A DNA stretch of 64,000 bases from Octopus vulgaris (GCA_951406725.2 OX597816.1:180668001-180732000); one strand, 5' to 3'; positions 1 through 13,059 are shown, counted from the stretch's first letter. Notes: generated by a model not told the origin, from the letters alone. Made by a program: numbers and translations.

Positions 1-660
1 TTAGCAACTAATGCTGCTGAAAATGTCAATAAAATTACAAATTCAAAGGAGGGGAGCAGGTAAAATGTAAGCTACGCATGTTTCTCAACCAACTGGAGCT
101 CATTATGCAAGTGTTGCACAATGAACTCCCCTCAGCGTAGCTAATCATCAAGCTGAAATTACCTCAATGAACTTTACATTCCCAAGTCAGCCACAACATA
201 ATGTTGAGTCCAAATGAACAGGAAAGTCAATAACAAAGGATAAAAAAAAGTAGCTGTATATTACTGGTTATGGCATATAACTGGTCAAAATATTACAGTT
301 GGTTTCACACCAACTATTGCACTTAAGCAACAGTGAGAACTCCTTGGGACATACTGGCCAAAAGTACATAGCTGCTTTTAAGCTGGAAGTATAATATGGA
401 CACTGGGTGGCCTGGTGTTGGAAAAAAAAGAAATTAAACAAAACATAGTGAAGAAAATTATAGTCTTTTTTCAGGAGAAAAATAATTCTTTCTCATAGAT
501 TGATGTTAGCCAGGGGTGAAGTGTGTAAGATTCTTTACTCCAAAAATGGACATAACCCCATTGCCAAAATGAATTCCCACTCATAAGGACAGCATGCAAA
601 ATCTTAACATTTTGAGCTTAAGAAAGGACCCAGATCATGTAATTTTTTAGAAGGATTCTG

Positions 661-740
661 AAGGTGCCATACAGTGGGACTGAACCAAAGACCACATGGT
701 TGGGAAGCAAGCTTCTTTACCACACAACCACTCCTGCTCC
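661..740 (-). mobile_element. tRNA-derived SINE head (family A, octopus OR-like)
   Basis: Reverse complement reads ggagcaggagtggttgtgtggtaaagaagcttgcttcccaaccatgtgg...ggttcagtcccactgtatggcacctt, with A/B-box-like motifs; same head as the copies at 1792, 41224 and 55780. Confidence 0.75.
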
Positions 741-1660
741 AGTGAAAACAAAATTGTAACAAAATAGAAATAGAAATTTTAAATGTCATTTAAATGCTAG
801 CCACTTCTGAACTACACTATATATGAAATACATAACGATATTTAAGGTGACAGTTTTGTATCTCAAGAGGGAACTGTTAAGAAATGTCAAACTTATGAAT
901 CTATGTAATTTATATGATGTAAATACGTTTATGACTTAGTTTCATACACAAATAGAAACTTAATATATAGCAAGCTAAAAATAGATGTTGTTGGATGTTG
1001 GATGCTGGTGGACTTTTATTGAAATTGTATGGAAGTGGGTGTGTGTGAGTGTATGTGTGTGTGTCTGTGTATAAAAAGGAAAAAGCCATAGGGGGAAACG
1101 GAAGAGAAAGACAGAGAGAGAGAGAGAGTTGTGCGTGTGTGTGTGTGTGTGTACACATGTAGAGGAAGTGTGACAGACAGAAACATTTAGGTTGAGCGTA
1201 TAGACGAAGTGAGGGAGAAGGGGTAGAGTGAGTGGTGGTGGAGAAGGAGGGGTTCACGTATGCACATGAGCATAGACAGAAAGAGGGAGAGAAAGAAAAA
1301 GTGGATGTGTATGTGATCTTGAAAAGGAAATATAAGGGGAAATAGCTGTAGTTGTCCTTTTGCAAAGTCAAGGCAGTCCCTGAGATCAAAGATGTTCATT
1401 TGTTACCATTCCACCCAACCTTTTTTCTTAAAAAAACAAAAAACAGTGTATTATATACCTATATTACTCTTATTAAAACAATAAGGTATTATTTCAGGAG
1501 GATTTGGCTGCTAGCAAGTCTGAGTGCATTTGGAGGTGCTGCCTCACTGACTCATAAAGAAGATAGAATTATTACAAGATATACAAGAATTACCATGAAT
1601 GGGATTGCAGTTGACAACACAGTTGGATAATATGAAGAGCATGGAATAATAACCCTGATA

Positions 1661-1759
1661 TTTGCACTTCTAATATCTACAAGAGTTCACAGTGCTGATG
1701 TCTGTATTTCTAAAATCTACATGAGCACTGTAAATTCGTGTAGATATTAGAAGTGCAAA
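1661..1759. repeat. Inverted repeat / hairpin, 41-bp arms, 17-nt loop
   Basis: 1661-1701 matches the reverse complement of 1719-1759 with 4 mismatches. Confidence 0.9.
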
Positions 1760-1791
1760 CATATATGTATGTTATTACAACATTGTCTACA

Positions 1792-2160
1792 GGCTGTGTG
1801 GTAAGAAGCTTGCTTCCTGATTGCATAGTTCCAGGTTCAATCCCACAGCATGGCACCTTGGGTCAACCAAAGCCTTGTGAGTGGATTTGGTAGACAGAAA
1901 CTGAAAGCTCATCGTATATAATATATATAGGTCTATGTGTGTGTGTATGTCTTTGTCTGTGTTTGTTCCCCTATCACTGCTTGACAACTGGTATTGGTGT
2001 GTTTACGTCCACATAACTTAGCTGTTTGGTAAAATATAAAAATAAGTACTAGGCTTTAAAAAAAAAGTCCCGAGGTTAATTTGTTTGACTAAAAACCATT
2101 CAAGGTGGTGCTCCAGCATGGCTGCAGTCAAATGATTAAAACAAGTAAAAGAAGAAAAGA
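1792..2160 (+). mobile_element. SINE family A, near full length
   Basis: tRNA-like head, then gcaccttggg...gccttgtgagtggatttggtagacagaaactgaaag, an internal TA/TG microsatellite and a 3' tail ccagcatggctgcagtc...acaagtaaaag. More than 10 further full or partial copies occur in the window. Confidence 0.85.
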
Positions 2161-3465
2161 GTACATGAATGTTGTTATAACATTGTCTTCAACAAGAATG
2201 GTATCATGGCATTCTAAAAGACATTTACACAGCTTCATCAGATTGTGGGGACACCTGAATAGTTCCACAGCAATATGAACATCTAAATGGTATATCAAAA
2301 CTGCAAACATACTTGGGTTAGTGTCATAGCTGTGTATAGACACCTGGACAAGTACACGTCTACAAACCTTAATTCATCACAAAATAGTTCACACACCAGA
2401 GAGTTTTGCAGTAATGTCTACAAAACAGAATGATATCACAAAAATGTTTTCACAGCCAATAAATTATCAAAGTCTACATTTTTAGATGGTATCAATATAA
2501 TATCTATACACCCTAATTTATCACAAATGTGTCTTTAAATCTTGATGGTATTATAGCAACGCTTACACATCTGGAGAATAACAATGGAATGGAGGCAGTA
2601 GCCCTACAACTGGGTTTTTTTTATTTTCAGTCTTACCTGCACAGATGTAATACTTATGACATACATATTTTACATATGTAACCTATACATACATTTGCGT
2701 ACGGAATTATACAAATATGGATACACTACTTATATACATATTCACACATAAATGAACATATGCTTGCAAACATGCTCAGATAAATATGTGAGCATACAGA
2801 CAAACATATGAAAATACGCATAGGATATAAATGTGCATACATACACTTGAATGCACACAAAGTATGAAAGGACACATAGGATATAAAAAAATACACCCCA
2901 CATACATGTCTACAGGTGAAAGTGTGTGCTTATGCATAAATGTGTGTGTGTGTGTGTGTGTGTGTATACATACATAAGCAAACAAACATTTATTTACAGA
3001 CAACACAAAGCTCAACAGAAAAAAAAAGCGTTGGGAGAGGTCATACAAGTACATTTTTGTAGAAACTTATCAGGAATTGTAAAGGTAAGTGGAAGTTGGG
3101 GGAAAGGTAGAATGGAAGAGTGGAGGTGAGAGTAGGAAAAACTGGGTAAAACTCAGTTAAAAAACTATAGAAATCAAAAAGAAATTGAAAAATAAATCAA
3201 ATATATGAAACAACAACAATACCACTACAGCAACAATAAACCTGAACCCAATGAAAGACATTTATGTGACTGTTAAACTTGCTAGAAATAGCAGCTAAAT
3301 TGTCCTTAAATTACAAATTTGTACTGTCTTGAATAAATGATTGATAATGTAGTCCTAGGTGTCCCTACAAAATGAGAAAAATATAAGGCAAGAGCAGAAT
3401 ACCTTTGATCATAGGTCTGCTGGGAATCACAATTAAATAAATCACAATTAAATCAGTCTACAATC

Positions 3466-3691
3466 TTAATGCTTTATCATTTAAACCAGCTACATCCAGC
3501 CAAAAATTATCTTATTTTAGGTTCAAACCAGCTAGATCAAGCCTCTCACACCTATCCTACAATGTCATTCTAAAAATTAATGCTCACATCATCAATATCT
3601 CAAAGCTGTGAGATAGTGCATGATTAATTCAAAACAATGTGAATAAACAAACGTTGCATTTGAGAGCTTAATCTGAATGTGAAAGGGTTAC
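3466..3691 (-). mobile_element. piggyBac-like MITE (family 1, degraded)
   Basis: Reverse-complement homolog of 22056-22279 and 23017-23236; ends ttaa... and ...aaagggtta. Confidence 0.75.
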
Positions 3692-4235
3692 AGAAGGCAA
3701 AATATACAGGACAATGTAATTGTAGGTATATAGTTTGCATAAATGGCAGCAGGATTATTGTTGAAATGCCTTTAGTAATAAGCGTGCCCAATCGGAAATG
3801 ATCTGAAAGTAAACCACACCAAGTGAAGCTTGTCCTCCCTCTCTTGAGCTCTTAACTCCTGCAAAAATAACAGGACACCAACACAACATAGAGCATATTT
3901 AAATCTGGCAAAGCACAACTCTCTTCCAGAAAGAAAGAAAGATTTAATTTTCAGATTTTCAGGATCAATAAATAATTACTAATAATTCATTTAATAACCA
4001 GAAACTGTAATCTTATGCCCCACCCCAGCAAAAAAAAAATAAAAAAAACAATCCAAAACGTTTTGTTGCTTGAAAGAAAAGAATGCATATAGCAAGAAAC
4101 TTGGAGTAGGAACAGAGAGGATAACTTGCTCTCTCTCTCTCTCTCACTCATATATATGTATATCGATACAAACACACACACACACTACACACACCTGTGT
4201 GTATGAGTGTGTGTGTCTGTATATATATATAGCTA

Positions 4236-5396
4236 TTGGGTCATCCCATAAATAATGTCATTTTTTTCAACTGCATGAACTAAAAGTCGGAAGGGTATGG
4301 GATAAACTACCTGCATCCACTTGCTATAAAAGCAGTTGGTAATTTTACCCTTTTTTCTTATTCTTAGTGCAAGTTTTGAAGAGTGCAATTCAATTTTAAT
4401 AGTTATTTTTTCAAAGCTATAATGGAAGTGACAAAGGAGCACATTCGGCATAATTTGCTTTATGAGTTCAATAAAGGCAACAATGCAACAGAAAGTGCAA
4501 GGAATATTAATGCAGTATATGGGGATTGGACAATAAGCGTAAGCCAGTGTCAGCAGTGAGACCAAAAATTCCAAGCCAGAAACTACAGCCTAGAAGAAGA
4601 GCCTTATCCTGGAAGATCTGTAGAGTTCAACGAAGACATCCTGCAAACCCTGGTAGAAAACAATCCCATCATAACTCTTGAGGAACTAGCAGAGAAGACT
4701 GGATTTGGTCATTCAACCATTTGTCGACACCTACGTGCTGTCGGAAACGTCAGCAAATTGGGTCAGTGGGTTCCTCACAATCTTTCTGAATCTAATTGCA
4801 TGCAGAGAGTGAATGTGTGCTCTTCTTTGCTGCAATGTCTCATGAATGAACCTTTTTTGGACCAAATAGTGACTGGTGATGAGAAATGGGTTCTCTATAA
4901 AAATGCCAAAAGACAGTGGGTAGAGAAATGAGAAACACTGGCACCCCAGGCTAAAGAAGGTCTTCATCCTAGTATGATGTTGTTAATCTGTTTGGTGGGA
5001 TATGAAAGGTTTAATCCACTTTGAACTTGTAAACCCAAACCAAACAGTAATGAAGGAGATCCACTGTGGGCAGCCTGAGCAGCTTAAGGTAGCAGTAGAA
5101 AAAAAATGACCACCTTTCGTTTCAAGAGGAAAGGTGTTCTTCCATCAGGATAATACTTGGCCCCGTCTGATTATCATTCATTCTGCAGTCTTCAAAATCA
5201 TTTGGACAGAAAAAATATGAATTCTGTAGAGAAGGTCAGAACAGTACTGGAGGAGTATTTTTCATCACGGACAAGAGGGGCCTTGCAAGTCTAGCAGAGA
5301 GATGGAAGAGCATCGTAGAAAATGAAGGAAAGTATATTTTAGATTAAGAAAGAACTTTATCTTAATTTTGAAAACATTATTTTTGGGATGACCTAA
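4236..5396 (+). mobile_element. mariner (DD34D-type) transposon, defective
   Basis: TIRs ttgggtcatcccataaataatg / cattatttttgggatgacctaa, with TA at the 5' side. Disrupted transposase from ATG 4422 (MEVTKEHIRH...GQWVPHNL...VTGDEKWVLY...FHQDN...APSDYH...ENEGKYILD* at 5347) with stops, frameshifts and an internal deletion. Confidence 0.93.
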
Positions 5397-5740
5397 AGAG
5401 AAATGAACAAATGAAAGATGTGTGAATTTTGTAAGCTGTATAGTAATCAACCTCTTTAGGAGAGCAGAGACTTTGAATGATAACTGATATACAAGCAGCA
5501 TTCCAGAAGTTTTAAGACTTTCAAGGTAAGGCTGTCATAGCTGTTCGAGATTTTTATAATTTTACTATATCATTGCTATACACTGAATAAGATGACCTGC
5601 CAACTTTTATTATTCCAGACCAAAGGAGACAGCAGTAACAACACTTTGAACATACCTCAGTAACACTGGTGGTCACAGCTGACTATTTTGCAGAATGCAG
5701 TTGGGATGTTTGGAAGCTTGTTATGCAATAAAGATTTGTG

Positions 5741-5969
5741 TTAACCTTTTCATTACTGTATTTCTGTTGAGATGTTCTATGTTTCTTTCAATTACTTTAA
5801 ATATAACAAAGAATTTTGTAAAATAACTTAGTTATCATTCAGCTAGTATGAGGAACATAAATTGTGACTAAGGTTTGGTGGAAGATTTTAATTAAAACCT
5901 TATGAAAACAAGGTATTTGTAAAACAGAGCCAGAGCCGGTTTCAGCCAGGTTAGTAATGAAAGGGTTAA
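5741..5969 (+). mobile_element. piggyBac-like MITE (family 2)
   Basis: TTAA at both ends; TIRs ccttttcattact / agtaatgaaaggg; inverted copy at 32983-33210. Confidence 0.85.
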
Positions 5970-6023
5970 ACTGGGCAAAAACGTTATAGAATGCTCCAGA
6001 CTGCTTATGGATTAACTCTTTCA

Positions 6024-6568
6024 TTAGCAGAAGAGGTTCAAGAAGAGTAGAGAGGTGGTGAGAGGTGCATGAAGATGAGGGATGTTAGAACAGCAGAGCT
6101 GGTTGAGAAAATACACAATTTTATGAATGATGACCATTGAATGTCCATAAAGACACTAACCACACAGTTTGGAATTGGTGTAGTAATTGTGCACAGAATT
6201 TATTCATGAAGATCTGAACATGTGCAAACTAAGTGAACAGTCTGTTCCCAGAGTGCTCAGTGTTTCCATGTCCCTGGTAGCCAACTACTTGGCAGAACAG
6301 GCATCAAAACTGATCCTCATCCTACCTGCAGTCAGGACCTTGCTCCCTGTGAATTTTGCTTGTTCTCCAAGCTGGAGGAGAACCTCAGAGTTAGTTGCTT
6401 TGAAGATGAAGAAGGCAGTGACCAAAGTGCTGGGCACCTTCACTTTGGAGGACTTGAATGGGGTCTTCACAAAGTGTATTGAAGTCAGAGGGTCCAATTT
6501 TGTACTTCTTTGAAATTAATAAATGTCTCTCCTGAAAAAGTCTGAAAACTTCTGGATTGCATCTTACA
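6024..6568 (+). mobile_element. Second, older mariner transposase relic
   Basis: Frameshifted pieces read IHEDLNMCKL..VPRVLS and IKTDPHPTCSQDLAPCEFCLFSKL (equivalent to HPPYSPDLAPxDF); TIR-like end near 6540-6568. Confidence 0.75.
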
Positions 6569-6986
6569 GGGTGGAGTAGACCTGCTCAGATTTGTCACAG
6601 ACAGTTTCACTAGTGATAAGAAGGGCAACCAATCATACAAATCTGAAGATGTTTTTAAAAAATTGAATAAATGTTGGTATATGTCGCAAGATGACAAAGA
6701 GTAGCAGCAGACCCATTAAACCCATTCTAGTATGGGGGAAAAAAATGGAACATAATATTGATACACACACACACTGTAAAGTGGTTGGTAATGGAAACAA
6801 GTCACAACCCTTTGGCTCACTGGATCCGTTCAAACCATCCAACCCATGCCAGCATGGAAAATGGAAGCTAAATGATGATGAAATTCATCTCAATATTTTT
6901 CCATACAAGTAAGTGTTAATCAAATATATTATTGCATTGCAGTTTGTTATCTTTTCACAGCCAGATGACCTTCTGTATATATGTGA

Positions 6987-7034
<48 letters not shown>

Positions 7035-7039
<5 letters not shown>

Positions 7040-7245
7040 TAATCCAAACAAGAAAGCACAAAAAAAAACACAACAACGTGAGGACGTGGAACAAATATAG
7101 TATTATTGGACGCACAGGAAAGAAGGAAAGAAGGAGGGTTTAACGTTTCGAGTGGAGCTCTTCGTCGGAAACATAGGAGAAGGAAAGATCCAGAGCAGGG
7201 AAGACAGAGGAAAAAAAATCGCCAACAGTACACACGAGGTCACAT
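7035..7245 (-). mobile_element. Short Penelope-like-element-type fragment with hammerhead-like motif at 7138-7172
   Basis: Minus strand GTTT-CCGACGA-A-GAG(CTCCA)CTC-GAAA-CG-TT-AAAC; abuts (TA)n; homologous to 15655-15853. Confidence 0.6.
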
Positions 7246-7310
7246 ACACACACTTTTAGCTATTTGTTTTGCAAGATTGCTGATGTGAAATCATGTTTTG
7301 AAACATATCT

Positions 7311-7600
7311 TTATATTCCAGGATGCTCATTTATTTATTTATTTTATTCATTTTTTTTGCCCAATAAACACATGCCCTATATATTCGTTCTTCACTTCAG
7401 CTTTACTATTGTCTTTATCATAGGAGGAGACACGTAGTATGGAGAGTTGCTGAAGAGGTCAAAAATGTGTGACGGCAGATTTCAAACAAAAGACACAAAA
7501 ATAAGCACAATAATAACGCTGAAGTGAAGAATGAATTTATAGTGCATGTGTTGATTTGGCAAAAGAAAAAGAAAAAAATAAAGACCATCCCGAAATATAA
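7311..7600. repeat. Imperfect inverted repeat, ~100-bp arms
   Basis: 7311-7412 matches the reverse complement of 7507-7600 (e.g. ttcttcacttcagc / gctgaagtgaagaa); the spacer contains CTGAAGA-GGTC...GAC. Confidence 0.8.
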
Positions 7601-9539
7601 CAATATATATATATTTGTTTCTCTTATGCTTTATGTATATAACAGCTATGTAAATATCTTGGTGCTATAGTACTTTATGATTTTAAAATATTTACCTTTG
7701 ACCTAATCTACTGAAATACAGAGAATGCTTGTCTTAATTATGTTCTCCTCAGAGATCTTTTTGTTTCCTTTAAATCTCTTTTTATCTTTGTGACTATTTT
7801 TTTAAAATTTTGTCTCATTTTGTTTTGTTTTGTTTTTTCTTTACTTCTTTCACATACCCCTACACCACCTCTAATCTAAATGCTTCTGCTTTAGCTGATC
7901 AAAAATCCCCTCACCATTCAACACCGCTAAATGTTGTTATTTATAAAACGTTCATTCTTCATTCATAATTACAAAAACAAACATTTTCTTTCCCCACTCC
8001 ATTTAGTTTTGGATAGCAAACGTAAGAGAAACCTGAAGATTTTAAATTGTTGTTTAGCACTTCCAACCCAATGTCCTCACTAACCAGACATATAATTAAA
8101 TACTTGTAACCCCAACGCTATTATTTACTAAGCGAAGTGTATCTAGAACTCCATTATCCAGCGTCCTTCCTCTTTTAAGTTGGTGTGGTAAGATTGGAGG
8201 TAGATTTGGTGACTATTTCTAGTAGGTTGAATGATTACATAGACGCTTTCTTGCTGATTCCCTAAACTTACGGGAGTCAACCAGCTTTTTCTGGCTAAAT
8301 TTTTTTTTTTTTTGTTCAAATTAACAATTACAAACTCTTCAGAAAATCCTTAACATTCTAATATTTTAACTTGCTTATATTTTCAACAATTTGGCTATTA
8401 TATTATTTTACATATTAACTATATGTGTGTATGTATGCATATGTGTGATATCACATTATCATGCACTATCGCTTTACATTATCACATGTTTTGTAGCATT
8501 TCTTGGCTTTTGAGGACACACTTCAACAATGAATTAGTTTTGAAAAAAAATAATTATCAATTTAATAGATATTTCTCAATCTCTTTGATAAAACAGTTTT
8601 AATTTCAAACAGGTTTGAAATTACAATTCTATTTTATCATGTTTGTTGAAGAGGAAATACATAAAAAAAAACAAATACAGATGGTAAAACAATGATGATA
8701 GTTACACATGCTGCTTTCCATTTTTTCAAGGATTCTTTCAGCCAAATTCATACAAATTCTAAATTTTATTGTGACAGAAAAAATGAAGTAAACAGAAAGA
8801 CAATTGTAATTGTTCTTCATTAAAAAAGAGAGAGAGAAAAGACTGTGCTAGGAATTGACCTATACTTCTCCCTCTTTTTATCTTGTTTGTCAGCTTTTCT
8901 AAGAAAGCTGGCCTAAAAAACTGAAGGGTCAACTTTTTCACATTCTTCTATCTGACACAATACCACATATATTAGTACCCAACCCAGAGTGAGGTTATTT
9001 CATTAAATATTCCAGGCTACAATAAAAAGTATATATAATCAGAACTTCAGAGTAATATTAGAAGAAATATTTATAATGAACATATCTGCATACATAGCAT
9101 ATTTGGTGGGACCTATCCTGCTGTAAACTTTAAAAAAGAAAACATGAATGGCCTTCAGCAACATCAATAACCATATTTCTGGTTAACCATATATAATTCT
9201 AGTGTGAATGTTCCCTTCTCACACGACAATGTAAGCTCATCTCTGCTAATTTATATATACAACAAAAAACAGTGAAAGCAGACTTAGGAAACTTCTATGA
9301 CACACGGCACTAACAGTTCAAATCTATAAAATGAAATCTAAATGAAATCTACAAAGATAATTTTATTTTGTTTTGGATTGACACAAATGATAGAATATTT
9401 GGGATGGGGGTTGATAAAGCTAGGGTGTGATGTAGAGGGAGCTGCTAGATTGGGTAATGTGTTTAGTCTTTGTCTTAAACAAGCAAACCTATGATCAAAG
9501 TCCTTCCACCCATAACAATCCTGTTCTTTTTTGCAGATA

Positions 9540-9755
9540 TAGTCTATCATGAAACTGAGTGAATTTGGCAGGAAATCTAGGGGTAGACTCAGATGAGATG
9601 GTTTGGTACTATCCATAGTCTTGTTGGTCATGCTTAGGAATCCAACCTGAAAATGTAATGACAGTTGCTTCTAACAGGACCCTATGGAAGAGGTGCCTAA
9701 AGACTCTAACATTACAACCCTCCCATGAATAGTTGGTGGAGAAGATGGATGGATA
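9540..9755 (+). mobile_element. RTE-type LINE 3' end relic
   Basis: GRKSRGRLR..RWF resembles the RTE C-terminal GxRxRGRP..RW motif; ends in a gatggatggat tail. Confidence 0.5.
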
Positions 9756-10149
9756 GAATGTGTTTTTCCTTTATCTTAATTGACGGAGTAGAGAATCAGT
9801 GATTTGTCTGCTATGTAACCACAATGAGGTAGCCTTGTAAACTCAAGAGGTTCCCTCATTGGTTAACCCCCTAATGTAGTTATTTTACCAGCTCAGTGTA
9901 GAGTCAAATCCAATCAAATCTTTAAAGTATATGTCTAATATTGAAGAAAATGCATATAAAAGATTTGATAGTGCATATTGTGTTATGTATCCCTAACTAC
10001 ATACACTCTAGGCTAGACACATACTTTCTATATGTATTCTTAACAACACATCTAGAAATAAAGGTATATTGTATGGATATAAATTAAATAAAGGTTTATT
10101 TAGTATTAAATAACAAAGTTGAAAGGAGTAATTATTTTTGCATCAATGA

Positions 10150-11150
10150 AATAAATCTTTCAAATTTTCTGCCTAATGCCCTAATTCTAAAATTGTTAAG
10201 GGAATGAAAATGTGAAAGACATAAGGACCTGTTATTTTTCACAATATCACTGACAAGGAATAAGCTAGAATTCTTATAGCACAATTAAAGAATATTAAAT
10301 TTTCATTAACTGTAGACAAAAATATAGGTGTTTGTGAAAGGACAGTCTGTTCTAATACCTAAATTTTATGACAGCCATATAAAAAAAAAAAAACTGTTTT
10401 TCAACTCTTTTGGAAATCAACTGCAGCACTATCCACAGCATTTACAATTTTAAAACAATTTCATTAAGTTAAACATGGCATTCCATTCAAAAATTTTAAA
10501 GTTTATGTAAGTGATAATACAAGTTTCATGATTGGGGCAAAAAGTGACATTCAAAGTCTTCTGATGTAGAAAGTATCATATGTCTTTGTAGAAGGTTGTG
10601 AAAATCATTCAATGCATTTATATGCATCCTATAGATGTTCTGAATTTTCAACTATTGTAAAGAAGTTCAGAATTATTTATTGATATTTATCAAAGAGCCT
10701 GAAGAGATTATCTGAATATGTGGAATTTTTGGAATTTACCCAGATTGATCGTAACAAGATCATGGCTGTTCTTGATAATTATCAGATCAGCAAGTGGGAG
10801 GAAATCAGATGCCAGGATTAATCTTATTTTTTGATTTCAGCAGCATTAAAAAATGGGGCAAATTCAGCATTCAATTGTAAAAATGTGCTTCTAAATACAA
10901 TAAATTTAGTTTCAAGCTGAGGGTTTCAGGATTTTCAGGCTTTGCACCTCCATCAACAGTGGGGACAATGTCCTTGTTAATTTTATAAATAGAGAAGAAA
11001 TAAATGATGCACATATACTGAAGATTAAAAGTCCTTCAATTTATCTACCAAGATTAGTTTTCAAAAATTCAAATCAAAGAACTCAAAGAATTCTAGCAAA
11101 AGACATTGAATTTTTATGTTGAACTAAGAAAAGGAAAAGTACAAAATGAT
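10150..11150 (+). mobile_element. Highly degraded hAT transposase relic
   Basis: Fragments KFSLTVD (FSLxxDES), IPFKNFKVYVSDNTSFMIG (ASDNASVMxG) and VFVEGCENHSMHLYAS (CxxHxxHL); many stops. Confidence 0.7.
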
Positions 11151-11265
11151 TTGTACATCATCTGAAATGTTCACTACTTTACATCTATTTGAAGTTTTAT
11201 AAGGAAAATCACTTAATGGACAACCATCTCCAATTACCCCATGGATCATGAAACTTCTGAATATT

Positions 11266-11484
11266 GGTTTTAAATTTTGGCACAAGGCCAGCAATTTGGG
11301 GTGGGGGTGAGAGTAAGTCAGTTACATTGACATTTAGTACTCAACTGGTACTTATTTTATCAACCCCAAAAGGATGAAAGGCAAAGTTGACTTTGATGAA
11401 ATTTGAACTTAAAATGTGATGCCATACAAAATGGCATTATGCATTTTGCCCGACATGCTCACAATTCTGCCAGCTCGTTGCCTT
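11266..11484 (-). mobile_element. SINE family B (central gcctttcatcctttcggggtcgataaa domain) with TSD
   Basis: Homologous to 61667-61896; flanked by gaaacttc(tg/ct)aatatt at 11250-11265 and 11485-11500. Confidence 0.88.
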
Positions 11485-13059
11485 GAAACTTCCTAATATT
11501 ACTGAAGAAAGAGATTATGAAGATATCAATAGAAAATTGCAAGAACTAACTTTGCAAAAGAATGGAATTTCAGAACCTAAAAATACTGAAATTATATTTC
11601 ACAAGGAAAATGAAGAGATAAGCTACATTTCCCAATTATCTCAAAATTACTGATTAAACTTACAACTATTGTACTTTTCTTCAGCTGCAACAAAATAAGA
11701 TGGAATTCAGGCAAAAAAAAAAAGGGGTGGAGTAAACAGAACTAAATTCTATCCCAAAGACACCAAATTTTTAATAAATCAATAGATTGTTAATGGTTTT
11801 TGTTTTTCTAACCAGCCTGTATTGTCATTCTCTCAAATCTATAGGTATGATATACAAACATACTTATGACAATACGTTATACATTACAAGTATACATATA
11901 TGAAATTACATGAGAAAATGTAAGCAAGAGAATTAATATTCTTAAGATTATAAACCTGGAAAAGTATGGGACAAGAAAACTTTTACTTAAAATATTTGCA
12001 GCTAAGGATAAAATTCTAAATAAAATATTTAGATTCAGAAAATATTAGCTTTTATTAAAACTAAAAATGTTATTACTTCTATTTGTTATTACTTGTTACT
12101 TCTATTAAAAATTTTTAAAATAACTCAAAATATTTTTTGCACTTTGAAAGAATTCATTTTTAATTATTAATTAATAATTAGAAATTTGAAAATAGGTTAT
12201 AAGAAATAATAGTAGTATATATATTTAGTTAGTACAATAAATAAAATAATACAAAAATTAGTTATATATTACAATAAAATCTACATATAACAAATAATTC
12301 ACAGAAAAATTTGCTTGAGTTCTTGCCTAAAATATTGCCAAGTCTTCACATTTTTAGTCTTGACCCAATGCCTATTTTTTACATAATGAATTTGCCTACC
12401 ATATGTACTATTCTATTTTGCATAAAACTTTAGCTATATTGGTACTTCTGGTTCTCATTTTTTAAGTATTCTAGTATGTACCCTATGAGTAGTGTCATGT
12501 ATTTCATTATATCCCATTTCATTCTGAGTTCAAATCCCACTAGAGTCAGCTTTGCTTTTCATCCTGCTAGGGTTGATAAAATAAGGATCAGCCATGTTCT
12601 GAAAATTATTTTAAGCAAGTGAACCCTCCTCTATCATTTGTGTGGTCTTGTGCTGAAGTTTGAAATTATTTTATTTTCTCTTAATCTGTTAATAGCTGGG
12701 ATTAACCAATCCAACACATTTGTGATATTTGATATATAAAGGCATTATAATGGAAGACAGAAAGAGACAGGGTGAAAAAGATGTGGAGGTTGATTATGAA
12801 GTGATCCAATGATATACTATGTTAGTCAGGTAATATGGTATAGAAAATAAGAGCGAGTAAGTAATAGAGAGAGGAAAGGGTTTTGAAGTGGTGGAGAGCA
12901 GTCGGAAGAGAATGAACGAAAGAGACAGAAGAAGATGGTTTATGAGGAAAGGGAGAAGAGAATTAATGCAGAGAAGACTACAACTGTTTTGGCATCCGTT
13001 TTGCCATGTTTGCAGGGAAAGATCAATCTACAGTTACTGCATATCAGCAATAATTCCAG

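Noticed and set aside
910-1399. 159-aa and 70-aa ORFs
   Set aside because: They run through GA/GT microsatellites; low complexity and no domain.
1352-1630. 92-aa ORF with an acceptor-like site at ~1497
   Set aside because: gatttggctgcta is part of the ancient dispersed repeat; no recognisable protein.
2160-2575. Degenerate ~28-bp periodicity (tggtatcacagcaatgtctacacacctg-like)
   Set aside because: Too decayed to define units; an old minisatellite, not CRISPR-like.
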